A DNA stretch of 64,000 nt, taken from an uncultured bacterium (GTDB taxonomy: Bacteria; Babelota; Babeliae; Babelales; Vermiphilaceae). Shown piece by piece: positions 49,487-58,568 of this stretch. Every line of letters starts with the position of its first letter. The first letter of the stretch is position 1. A program made the position numbers and the translations under genes. Under the pieces are notes generated by a model. The model did not search any database. It had not been told where the DNA came from and saw only the letters and a list, made by a program, of their open reading frames with translations. The DNA is taken from the NCBI GenBank assembly GCA_963702025.1, contig OY969699.1:1532034-1596033 (forward strand). Reading direction: 5' to 3'.

Positions 49487-49693
49487 AAAAATTATTAATA
49501 AAATATGAAATAAATATTGTATATTATAGTAATAGAATAGCCAATAATGAAAAATATGCAAAGCCAATGAAGATAATCGCGCAATGAGTGCTTGTCCAAC
49601 AATTTTAACCTCTTTTCTTGCACTGTAAAACCAACCTGATACAGTATTAGTATTATATTTAAAAAAATTCTTATTGAAACCGGGAGCTTTATC

Positions 49694-50014
49694 ATGGCAA
49701 TATCAATTACCAAAGATAATTTTGAAAAAGAAATAGTGCAAGCTACCATGCCGATTGTAATGGACGTCTATGCAGTCTGGTGTGGCCCTTGCCAACAGAT
49801 GGCGCCTCATTTTGAAGCATTGGAAAAAGAGCTCAAAGATAGCTATAAATTTGCCAAACTAAATGTTGACGAAGCACGTGATATTTCTATTAAATATGGT
49901 GTTACTTCTGTTCCTACCTTTATCTTTATTCACAATAACCAAGTAAAAGGCAAAGTAACGGGTTATATGAGCAAGGCAGATTTGAAAGCACGTATTGAAG
50001 AATATTTGGGCTAA
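49694..50014 (+). CDS. trxA: Thioredoxin
   Basis: WCGPC, KLNVDE, YGVTSVPT. Confidence 0.92.
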   Translation: MAISITKDNFEKEIVQATMPIVMDVYAVWCGPCQQMAPHFEALEKELKDSYKFAKLNVDEARDISIKYGVTSVPTFIFIHNNQVKGKVTGYMSKADLKARIEEYLG

Positions 50015-50017
50015 AAG

Positions 50018-50311
50018 ATGGCAGTAAAAGAAGAATATAAGCGCAAACTTATTAAGGCCATCGAGTATCATTATCCTGAAGCAAAAATATATCTTTTTGG
50101 CTCATGGGCCACGGGAAAAAATAAGCCTTTTTCTGATATTGATCTTGCCATTGATACCAGTCAACAGATTCCTTTAAGAGAGATTGACCGAATAGAAAAA
50201 ACAATTGAAAATCTCGATTTACATAATATGGTAGATATTGTTGATATGAATAATATTCCCGAAGACTTAAAACAAAATATACTACGAGATAAGATTGTAT
50301 GGAAAGATTAA
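50018..50311 (+). CDS. Minimal nucleotidyltransferase (MNT) antitoxin
   Basis: IYLFGSWATGKNKPFSDIDLAID, VDIVD. Confidence 0.88.
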   Translation: MAVKEEYKRKLIKAIEYHYPEAKIYLFGSWATGKNKPFSDIDLAIDTSQQIPLREIDRIEKTIENLDLHNMVDIVDMNNIPEDLKQNILRDKIVWKD

Positions 50312-50461
50312 AAATACGATTCGATGTGTTTCTTAAAGCCCTAAAGACTCTTAAAAAGCCTATAAAAACCATTAAAGATATAGGTAAAGATGATTATATT
50401 TATGACATGATTGTCCGCGATCGCAAAACGGCTTGAAAATACGATTCCAAAAATCAAATAA
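50299..50461 (+). pseudogene. Internally deleted HEPN (HI0074-like) toxin remnant
   Basis: Overlaps the MNT stop; MERLKIRFDVFLKALKTL...DMIVRD then stop at 50436; AIAKRLENTIPKIK* in another frame. Confidence 0.6.
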
Positions 50462-50704
50462 TCACCGAATCGGCAAACGGCCCCTTTGCAAATACGGGTA
50501 AGCCTTTTGAGGCATTTCTTCTGATTTTTTAGGAGTTTTATTTGCCGGTACCGGTGCCGATTTTTGATTTTGAAGGAGAGCCGCAATATATCTGCTCAAC
50601 AATGTATGCTCAAAATCAGGGGATATGCTTAATTGGGTAGAATCTTTATTCATGGCGTGAGTTATTTTTGCCAAAAGCATAAAAAATATTAATAATTTTT
50701 TCAT
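50462..50704 (-). CDS. Small hypothetical secreted protein
   Basis: MKKLLIFFMLLAKITHA-M; CAGGAG upstream. Confidence 0.6.
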   Translation of the reverse strand: MKKLLIFFMLLAKITHAMNKDSTQLSISPDFEHTLLSRYIAALLQNQKSAPVPANKTPKKSEEMPQKAYPYLQRGRLPIR

Positions 50705-50732
50705 GGGTAATCTCCTGAAATTTTTTCAACAT

Positions 50733-50921
50733 CTAATTTTTGTGAGTTTTTAACATACGTAAACGATAGTCCGCCCCATACTCCATCACCTTTTTTATTT
50801 TTAGAAATTTGAATTTCTTCAAGAATAGCTTTGGTTTTTTCTGCGGTTCGGGTTCAGATTGCTGCGGTGCCTGCATCGGATCACTACACAGTGGAAGTAA
50901 TACTATCAAAAACTTTCTCAT
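50733..50921 (-). CDS. Small hypothetical protein
   Basis: 62-aa ORF with hydrophobic N-terminus; AAAGG upstream. Confidence 0.4.
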   Translation of the reverse strand: MRKFLIVLLPLCSDPMQAPQQSEPEPQKKPKLFLKKFKFLKIKKVMEYGADYRLRMLKTHKN

Positions 50922-50932
50922 AAATTGCCTTT

Positions 50933-50961
50933 AAAAAAGGCGGCATCTTGGTACCGCCTTT
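50933..50961 (-). terminator. Intrinsic terminator
   Basis: AAAGGCGG...CCGCCTTT stem with U-tract on the minus strand, after the 789-aa gene. Confidence 0.65.
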
Positions 50962-50975
50962 AGCTATCTCAAGAT

Positions 50976-53345
50976 TTAACTGACCAGTGCGCACAAAAAT
51001 TGATACAGTTCATCAATTTTTTGAGCATTATGTTTTGTTTGTTCAGTCAGTGATGCAACTTGCGTTTGCAAAGTCTGAATAACTTTTTCAGGCTCACTAT
51101 CAAGCGCAAGTGAGCGACCGGCAACAGTTCCTAATTTACCACTGGAATCAATCAAAACAGGTAATGCGCTTGTACCGACCGTTGCGCCAAAGATGCCATT
51201 TAAATAAACCCCTGTTGAACCAGTAGGGCCGCTAATACCAGTCACGGCAGTGTTGCCGGTGTTGCCCGTTGCTCCACTTACCCCGGTATGCCCTGTTGCC
51301 CCGGTAGGGCCAGTTACACCAGTTGGATTTGGTGCTTGGATGCTCAAAACAGATGCTGATGTTTGTTGCCCGTCGGGATTGATCACCGTAACAGAATGTA
51401 CACCGGCTGTTGCATTGGTAGTATCAACAACTGCTGTTATCGTGGTTGGATTAACATAATTCACCGATTTAACTACAATGCCACCTGGAATTGACACCTG
51501 TAGGCGATTGGCAAATCCTACACCCGGATCATAAAAACCTGACCCATTATTACTTTGTCCATTGATTGTTATCGCTTGAGATGATTGACCAGCCTGAACT
51601 GATGATGGGCTTATGGTGAGAATTGTCGCCGGTGGTGGTGCCAATAATTGTGCAACTTCCAATCCCCATGAATTAGAGGCATTGCAAAACTCCTGTGTTG
51701 CCCACATGGTCATATTATCATTCGGGTCAATGGAAACAGTAGAATAATCGCCCCAGCGATGTGAGCCATAAATTGGATAATCCCAATTAATATTATAAGC
51801 AGAATTACTATTGGTAAGATTAACTGGTAGTTCAAGAGAACCAGCGCTATCGGAAGCAAGATGCCCGTCGATTATGGCATTAAGATATGAGTTTATGCCA
51901 CCAACCGTTGCACCAAGGAGCATATGGCCTTGCCCTGAAGTCATTACCCCGCCAACAAAATAACTCAACTCATTAGTATCATTGTTTGCGGTTGCGTTGT
52001 ATAAAGTGCCATATTGCACTATTGCTGGCGCATTAGGATTGGTAAGATCAAGTTCATACCAACGCACCCCGTCACGGCTCACAGTGCCTGATGAGCTGCC
52101 AACATTATTCACACCGATCGCATTGTGACAGGTCCATAACTTTCCATTGCGAATGTGGGACCAATTTAAACGATCATCGGTTGGACCGATAAGACCTTGA
52201 GAACCATAAATATTACCTTTGTGCTGCACCAGTATAGGCGCAGCAGTCGGCGCTACCGGAATCATTATTGGTGCAGAAATAGTCGGATGTGTTGATCCGG
52301 GACTATTAATAATATTCAACACCAGTGCGCCCAAATAGAATGCGCTTATACCGATAAAATAGCCCTGCGTAGGATTGGCATCAAAGTTATTTACGCCAAC
52401 CGGCGATACTTGTCCGGTACCGGCAGTATTATTAATCAGATTCGTAAATGCGGTATAAAAGATTGGCCCACCATTTAAGAGCGAACTTTTTTGAATAACT
52501 ACCGCAACACTATTTACAAAATTGCCATTAGCATCAAAAAGATTTGCACCGGTGTAAAGGGCATTGCTATCGCTTCCTAACGTTGGATAATCCAATTCGA
52601 GCCCGCCAGAAAAGGTGCCGGTAGTTATAGAGAAAAAATTAAAGTAGGTTTGTCTGGTAATTGAACTTGCTTGACTTACTGCGATCACAATACATTCGTT
52701 GGCAGTATTTGACGATCTACCCAAAACAAAAAAGCGTTGCGCCGATGTATCATAAAAAACGCGAATATCACCAACAAAGCTTCCTGCGGGTAACACTGAA
52801 GCAAAAAAGTTATCCAGACTAGTATCAATAACGCCATCAAGCGCACCGGTTGTTTTATTAAATGTTTTTACAATTCCTGATGCAACAAGAAAATATTGTG
52901 TTGGCCCAACGGCACCATCCGCGTCGGGCGGCACAAAACCACTTTCAGAATACTGTGCTCCTAAAAAATTAAGACCAATTCTTTGAACCGTCGGAACTGA
53001 CCGAGGCACCAAACCTCGTTGCGCAGATTCTAAAAAACGATGCTCCACAGCTTCTGATTGCGGGTGCACCGGAAGATTCTCACGGTGAATGCGATGGCGG
53101 GGCCTTGTTATTTGCTTTTGCGCAATAGTTGCGTATTGGCTGGTTGGCGGCCGGGCCATGATATCATCAACTGATTCTATCACTGCCGCATCACCAACAA
53201 ATGAAACACCTTCACTCGCCCAATTACTAAGGGAAGGAATTGTAGGTTTATTATAGTGCTCGTGCCCAAGATGCGCACCTACTGAGCCATACATCCAAAA
53301 CAAAATAGACGCTATAGTTAGAATTTTAGTTTTAATAATCTTCAT
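50976..53345 (-). CDS. Secreted beta-rich protein with IPT/Ig-like domain, short collagen-like segment and C-terminal coiled coil
   Basis: PPDADGAVGP, DYPTLG, RWGDYS, VTVINPDGQ; G-X-T repeats GVTGPTGATGHTGVSGATGNTGNT. Confidence 0.8.
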   Translation of the reverse strand: MKIIKTKILTIASILFWMYGSVGAHLGHEHYNKPTIPSLSNWASEGVSFVGDAAVIESVDDIMARPPTSQYATIAQKQITRPRHRIHRENLPVHPQSEAVEHRFLESAQRGLVPRSVPTVQRIGLNFLGAQYSESGFVPPDADGAVGPTQYFLVASGIVKTFNKTTGALDGVIDTSLDNFFASVLPAGSFVGDIRVFYDTSAQRFFVLGRSSNTANECIVIAVSQASSITRQTYFNFFSITTGTFSGGLELDYPTLGSDSNALYTGANLFDANGNFVNSVAVVIQKSSLLNGGPIFYTAFTNLINNTAGTGQVSPVGVNNFDANPTQGYFIGISAFYLGALVLNIINSPGSTHPTISAPIMIPVAPTAAPILVQHKGNIYGSQGLIGPTDDRLNWSHIRNGKLWTCHNAIGVNNVGSSSGTVSRDGVRWYELDLTNPNAPAIVQYGTLYNATANNDTNELSYFVGGVMTSGQGHMLLGATVGGINSYLNAIIDGHLASDSAGSLELPVNLTNSNSAYNINWDYPIYGSHRWGDYSTVSIDPNDNMTMWATQEFCNASNSWGLEVAQLLAPPPATILTISPSSVQAGQSSQAITINGQSNNGSGFYDPGVGFANRLQVSIPGGIVVKSVNYVNPTTITAVVDTTNATAGVHSVTVINPDGQQTSASVLSIQAPNPTGVTGPTGATGHTGVSGATGNTGNTAVTGISGPTGSTGVYLNGIFGATVGTSALPVLIDSSGKLGTVAGRSLALDSEPEKVIQTLQTQVASLTEQTKHNAQKIDELYQFLCALVS

Positions 53346-53410
53346 CGGTCTCCTTTTTTTGAAAAAACTTCGGTTTTTTTGATTATTCTACTTCGCAGCC
53401 GTTGTGCGCT

Positions 53411-54757
53411 TCATTTTTTGTCCTGAACCTCATAGCCAAGCGTACGTAGCTCTTCACGCAATTCGTCGGCTTTTTTCCATTCTTTTGCAGCGCGTGCCTG
53501 CTCACGTTCTTTAATCAGCTGTGCCATTTCTGGCGTAATTTCTATTTCTTTTTCGGGCAACGGAATTAATGTTAAGCCAAGCACGTTTTGAATAAATGCT
53601 TTTACCAAACAAAGTTCATCCCTATTTTTTTGCAGATTTGGCAATGCTTCAAAAAGCGCACCCCACATGCCAGGAGTATTTAAATCATCGCGAAGAAATT
53701 CAAGCATTTTTTGTACCGTTACGGATTCTTGAATCTTCAGATCGCTGGCCGGCACGCACTCAGCATCAAATGCCTTGCACAAACGTATGTACGTTTTTTG
53801 TATTGCCTGCAGATCATCAAATGAAAAATCCAACGGCGCTTTATATTGATGGTTCAACAGATAGAATCTGATTACCATCGGATCAAATTGCTTAAAAACA
53901 TCGCGCAATGTAAAGAAATTACCCAGCGATTTTGACATTTTTTCTTGATTGATCCGCACAAAACCATTATGTAACCAGTAGCAGACAAAAGTTTTTGCAT
54001 GTAACCCCTCCGATTGGGCTATCTCATTTTCATGATGTGGGAAAATTAAATCCATACCACCCGCATGCATATCAATTGTTTCTCCCAGAAATTTCTGGGC
54101 CATTGCCGAACATTCAATGTGCCATCCGGGCCGCCCATGGCCCCAGGGAGAATCCCAGCCGGGCTCATTCTTTTCCGCGTTTTTCCATAATGCAAAATCG
54201 AGTGGACTCCGTTTTTTTTCATTCACCTCAACCCGTGCACCAGCAATGAGATCATCCAATTTTTGTTTTGATAATGCACCATAAGCAGGAAATTTGGCAA
54301 TTTCAAAATAAACATCGCCATTCACTTCATAAGCCTTACCAGTTTCAATTAGCCCCTGCACAAAGGCAATAATTTCCGGCATTGTTTGAGTTACCCGTGG
54401 CTCATAGTTTGGTGATAAACAGTTGAGCGACTTCATATCTTGCTCAAAAGTAGCAATATATTTTTTGCTAATTTCTTCAAATTTACTGGGATCGCCCAGC
54501 TCTTTTTGCGCGCGCGCAATAATTTTATCATCAATATCGGTAAAATTGCGGCAATAGACTATCTTGTAGCCCAAAAATTGCAGCAATCGGTACAACGTGT
54601 CAAAGGTAACATACACCCTTCCATGCCCAATATGCGCGTAATCATAGGGAGTGATCCCGCAGACATAGAGAGTTACCTTTTCAGGATTAAGGGGCCTTAA
54701 TAGTTCTTTTTTTCCACTTAAGGTGTTGGTTACAGTAATCATAATCTCATTCGGCAT
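53411..54757 (-). CDS. cysS: Cysteine--tRNA ligase
   Basis: YVCGITPYDYAHIGH, GRPGWHIECSAM, FPHHENE, KMSKS. Confidence 0.97.
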   Translation of the reverse strand: MPNEIMITVTNTLSGKKELLRPLNPEKVTLYVCGITPYDYAHIGHGRVYVTFDTLYRLLQFLGYKIVYCRNFTDIDDKIIARAQKELGDPSKFEEISKKYIATFEQDMKSLNCLSPNYEPRVTQTMPEIIAFVQGLIETGKAYEVNGDVYFEIAKFPAYGALSKQKLDDLIAGARVEVNEKKRSPLDFALWKNAEKNEPGWDSPWGHGRPGWHIECSAMAQKFLGETIDMHAGGMDLIFPHHENEIAQSEGLHAKTFVCYWLHNGFVRINQEKMSKSLGNFFTLRDVFKQFDPMVIRFYLLNHQYKAPLDFSFDDLQAIQKTYIRLCKAFDAECVPASDLKIQESVTVQKMLEFLRDDLNTPGMWGALFEALPNLQKNRDELCLVKAFIQNVLGLTLIPLPEKEIEITPEMAQLIKEREQARAAKEWKKADELREELRTLGYEVQDKK

Positions 54758-54822
54758 TTAAAAAATTATTAATTAGCTTGATTCTACCTCATTCCTTTTT
54801 TTTGAGAAGCGGTAGAAAAAGC

Positions 54823-54911
54823 TGGCCGTGCCAGCCGTCCTTCGATACGAAAACTGCGTTTTCTACTCGGGATGAGCGGAGGACGCGTTTACTCCCGAGC
54901 AAAGTCGAGGG
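54823..54911. repeat. About 90-bp dispersed repeat, copy 3
   Basis: TGGCCGTGCCAGCCGTCCTTCGATACGAAAACTGCGTTTTCTACTCGGGATGAGCGGAGGACGCGTTTACTCC. Confidence 0.85.
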
Positions 54912-55017
54912 GGTTGCCGAGTCGTAAGACCCGGACAAGCGTAAGCTGGTGAATTTTTTAAAAAAGAGTATTATTAAAATCAACTTTTTTAAGATCCGCC
55001 AGGAGTATAATATCAAA

Positions 55018-57603
55018 ATGATCAGCATGAGACGCTTATTGCATCACGCCATTCTTATTCTATGCGCAAGCCTTGTTGGAGCTACTTTGGCTCAACAAGG
55101 GCCCGATAAAGATGCTATTGAAGAAATTGATGAGATCAATCTTCCTGAAAATGATGAAATTGAAACCACAAAAGAGGCAACTCTTGATGATGCCCAAGGC
55201 CAAGAGGAAGAAGAAGTAATCACCGCTCAAGATCTTGCCGGTCGCCTTATCAACGATATTATCATTATTGGCAATAAACAGGTAACCTCACAAGCAATTT
55301 TGAATAAAATTCCCTATCGCAAGGGGCAAAAATTCGATCCGCTCAAAACACGCGAATTGATTCGCAATTTGTATTACGACTTCAAACGATTCCGCACCAT
55401 TAACTTGTTTGCCGAGCCGATTGACAACGATATGATCAATCTTGAGATTCATATTGAAGAAAAAATACCACTCAAAGAGATCATTTTTGAGGGTAATTCA
55501 GCAGTTACTCAAAAAGAGATTAATGAAAAGGTCCCTACGCTCGAAACTCCTGCATTTGATCCGGAAGAATTAAAAAGTTTCGCCGTCGGCATAAAAAAAC
55601 TCTATCTTGAACGGGGCTACTATAACGCGCAGATAAACCCTGAACTGATCGTTGACCAGAATGGCAAAGGAACCATTATCTTTCATATTATCGAAGGCAG
55701 AAAATCCCTGGTCAAAAGAATTTCGTTTATCGGCAATAAAAATGTCAGCGGCAAAACACTGCGCAGCATAATTTATACCCGCGAAGATTGGTTGCTCAGC
55801 TTCTTGGATAAATCAGGCACTTTTTTACCTGAGCGGCTTGAAGGTGATAAGCATGCCATTGAAATGTACTATCAAAGTAATGGCTATTTAAATGCAAAAG
55901 TAGCCGCAATAACTCCTCAAATGGATCCTTGCACCAATAACTTCAACCTTCTTTTTGAAATTCAAGAAGGCGACTTGTATCGCATAGGGTGCATAAAAGT
56001 ACCCGGCAATGATCTGATCGATGAAGAACGCTTGCTTAAAGTTGTTCCCATCAAATCGGGAGATTTGTATTCACGTGAAAAAATTGTGGATGCGATTAAG
56101 AATTTGGAATTGGTGTGGGGTAGCTTTGGGTATTTATACGCGCACATTGAACCATCAATCAATCCAAATGATGATACAAAAATAGTTGATTTAGCTTTTC
56201 ATAGCGATCTGGGCAAACAGATCACTTTGGGTAAGTTAACCGTTCGTGGAAATTTAAAAACGCGTGATAAAATTATTCGGCGCCAGATCATCTTTTGCGA
56301 AGGGGATCTATTGACCAATACGCGCATGGAACAATCTAAAGAACGGCTTCAATCACTTGGCTATTTTGATCAGCGTGACGGGGTTAACTGGCGCATCATT
56401 CGCACCGGAGATCAAACTGCCGATCTCGATTTAATGCTCAAAGAAGCAAAAACCGGACACTTTGGTTTCCAATTAGGATTTGCCGGTGATCCCAATAGTT
56501 TCCGCACACCGCTTAAGGGCATGTCATTACAGCTTGATATTGGCGATACCAATTTATTGGGAACAGGTTTGCGCACCAGTCTTAACAGCCGTTTTTCGCA
56601 TGAAGATTTTTCTCTCGGGTTCAATATCACACAACCATGGCTTTTTGATCGCCCAATTCTTGCTGCTTTGGATGTGGTTCATAAGCGAGTGGCCTATGAA
56701 GAGTTTAATTTTACCACCCCCATCAATGAAGCAGATACCGGATTCTTGGTAACCGGCGGATTTGTGACAAGTTGGTATGATAACTTTTTAAGAGATACAC
56801 TTATTCGCGCTTCCTTGGGTATTGATAAAATCACCTATCAGCCAGAATTTCCGGTTGCGCACATTCAAGAACTTCGTGGCCCGGAACAGATTGAAGCTCA
56901 ACGGCAATACACCATAATATTACAAAAAATGTTCCAACCGGGTAATTATGGATCATTGAGTGTCAACATGGGCCAAGATCGGAGAAGCCATCCTATTCAT
57001 CCGGTAACCGGATATAGCTGGCTGATTAAAAGTTTGGTCACCTTTAGTTTCACGCAACGCTGTCTTGGATTCTCAAAGTTTGATGTGGATGCTCACTGGT
57101 ATACCCCATTGATTGGCAACTATGATTTAATCTTCCATATTCGTGGCTATTTAGGCATTGTGGTACCATTTAAAAACAAATTAATTCCGTATCGCGAACT
57201 GTATCATATTGGCGGCCCTGCTAGTGTCCGTGGATTCTTGTTTGGTGAAATCGGCCCGCAATTCAACATCTATGATCCTATTTCCGGCCCAACGCGGGGC
57301 GATTCTATTGGTGGCACCAAAGCAACCTGGATCAATGCGGAGCTCATTTTCCCCGTAACTGCCGACATGAACTTAAAAGGCGTGCTCTTTTATGATGGTG
57401 GGGCGGGCTGGGATAACCCCTACACTCATTGCGTTGATCGCAAGTTTATTCGCAACAATCATTTCAATTACCGCCATGCTGTTGGCTTTGGCATACGCAT
57501 GTATCAACCAATGCCACTCAAAATTGATTGGGGCTTTAAGCTTGATCCACGCAAAAATGAACCGGCATACGAGGTGCACTTTAATAGCTCCTATGAGTGG
57601 TAG
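55018..57603 (+). CDS. bamA: Outer-membrane protein assembly factor BamA
   Basis: POTRA repeats (GN...), GNLKTRDKIIRR, SVRGF, FYDGG; C-terminal aromatic residue. Confidence 0.93.
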   Translation: MISMRRLLHHAILILCASLVGATLAQQGPDKDAIEEIDEINLPENDEIETTKEATLDDAQGQEEEEVITAQDLAGRLINDIIIIGNKQVTSQAILNKIPYRKGQKFDPLKTRELIRNLYYDFKRFRTINLFAEPIDNDMINLEIHIEEKIPLKEIIFEGNSAVTQKEINEKVPTLETPAFDPEELKSFAVGIKKLYLERGYYNAQINPELIVDQNGKGTIIFHIIEGRKSLVKRISFIGNKNVSGKTLRSIIYTREDWLLSFLDKSGTFLPERLEGDKHAIEMYYQSNGYLNAKVAAITPQMDPCTNNFNLLFEIQEGDLYRIGCIKVPGNDLIDEERLLKVVPIKSGDLYSREKIVDAIKNLELVWGSFGYLYAHIEPSINPNDDTKIVDLAFHSDLGKQITLGKLTVRGNLKTRDKIIRRQIIFCEGDLLTNTRMEQSKERLQSLGYFDQRDGVNWRIIRTGDQTADLDLMLKEAKTGHFGFQLGFAGDPNSFRTPLKGMSLQLDIGDTNLLGTGLRTSLNSRFSHEDFSLGFNITQPWLFDRPILAALDVVHKRVAYEEFNFTTPINEADTGFLVTGGFVTSWYDNFLRDTLIRASLGIDKITYQPEFPVAHIQELRGPEQIEAQRQYTIILQKMFQPGNYGSLSVNMGQDRRSHPIHPVTGYSWLIKSLVTFSFTQRCLGFSKFDVDAHWYTPLIGNYDLIFHIRGYLGIVVPFKNKLIPYRELYHIGGPASVRGFLFGEIGPQFNIYDPISGPTRGDSIGGTKATWINAELIFPVTADMNLKGVLFYDGGAGWDNPYTHCVDRKFIRNNHFNYRHAVGFGIRMYQPMPLKIDWGFKLDPRKNEPAYEVHFNSSYEW

Positions 57604-57668
57604 AATTCTCTTTTTTCTATACTTTTGGGCAAACGTTTTGCTAAAAGTAAAAAAAAAGGGGAACAAAT

Positions 57669-58217
57669 ATGGGAAAAAATTTCTTTATTTTGGTCTGCCT
57701 GCCGCTGAGCATGGCAAGTATGCATAACAACTTGAAAAAGGCAATAGCCAACGGGCACCTGGAAGAAGTTGAAAGAATTCTTGAAGCTCACGCCGATAAA
57801 AGCAAAGTCTCTTGCGAAACAGAATCACTTTTGGAATCAAATCCGGTTGATTGGGAAGACATAATCAAGGATGCCACTCATCTATTGGCGTGCAAAAAAC
57901 AATCAATGAACACTCTCCACAACACCAACGTATATCGTAGAATGGCCATAGGGCTGGCCTCTATTGGCTTTGGTTGCTATAGCATTGGCTCATATTTTTA
58001 CAATTCTGCCCATTCACATAAATGGGGTACCGTTGAAAAAACGATTGCAGAACTATCGGCGGCTGGTGGGCTCATTATTCACGGTTGTGATCAATTAAGA
58101 CTGGGAATCACCAACCATGATTCTAAACAAGAGCATGCTAAGTTCGCTGCAATCCACAAAACATTACATTTGGCAAAAAGCAGTGCATCGGCCAAAGAAG
58201 CACATTTTTTACAATAA
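57669..58217 (+). CDS. Hypothetical protein (signal peptide, two hydrophobic segments)
   Basis: 182-aa ORF; GGGG upstream. Confidence 0.6.
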   Translation: MGKNFFILVCLPLSMASMHNNLKKAIANGHLEEVERILEAHADKSKVSCETESLLESNPVDWEDIIKDATHLLACKKQSMNTLHNTNVYRRMAIGLASIGFGCYSIGSYFYNSAHSHKWGTVEKTIAELSAAGGLIIHGCDQLRLGITNHDSKQEHAKFAAIHKTLHLAKSSASAKEAHFLQ

Positions 58218-58280
58218 CTTTCTTTTTTTAGCATTCTTGCAGTAAGACTGTACTATAATGGCTTATTACCGAGGTACTGC

Positions 58281-58568
58281 ATGAAGCAATCAACTTTTCT
58301 TGCGCTATTTATCACCGCAAACATTTCATTTATTTTTTTACAGGTTCATAAGCACAGCAAACGGATCAAACTTTCCTACACCAAACAGATCATTGAGAAT
58401 CAAAAAATATCTTTAATAAAACAAAAGCAGGAACTCACTCATAATCTTTACACACTCAATGATCGAGCAAGCATTAAACAATATATTAAAGAAAATAAAG
58501 ATACTCTCGCATTGGTACCCGTTCGCATTAATCAAATTAAAAAGGTTCCCGATGACGCACATACATAA
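58281..58568 (+). CDS. FtsL-like cell division protein
   Basis: TM plus coiled coil directly upstream of, and overlapping, the PBP gene. Confidence 0.6.
   Translation: MKQSTFLALFITANISFIFLQVHKHSKRIKLSYTKQIIENQKISLIKQKQELTHNLYTLNDRASIKQYIKENKDTLALVPVRINQIKKVPDDAHT

Larger units (their letters stand above)
47626..49642. repeat. 73-bp direct repeat (70/73 identical) at 47626-47698 and 49570-49642, flanking a two-gene insert
   Basis: AAGATAATCGCGCAAT-nnnn-GCTTGTCCAACAATTTTAACCTCTTTTCTTGCACTGTAAAACCAACCTGATAC occurs twice. Confidence 0.92.

Noticed and set aside
47703..50461. Prophage remnant
   Set aside because: No integrase, structural or replication genes; only nucleotidyltransferases and a TA remnant.
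54789..55028. 79-aa minus-strand ORF, and the GTG 54949 start for bamA
   Set aside because: The ORF is largely repeat-derived and overlaps bamA; the bamA leader begins at ATG 55018 or 55027.
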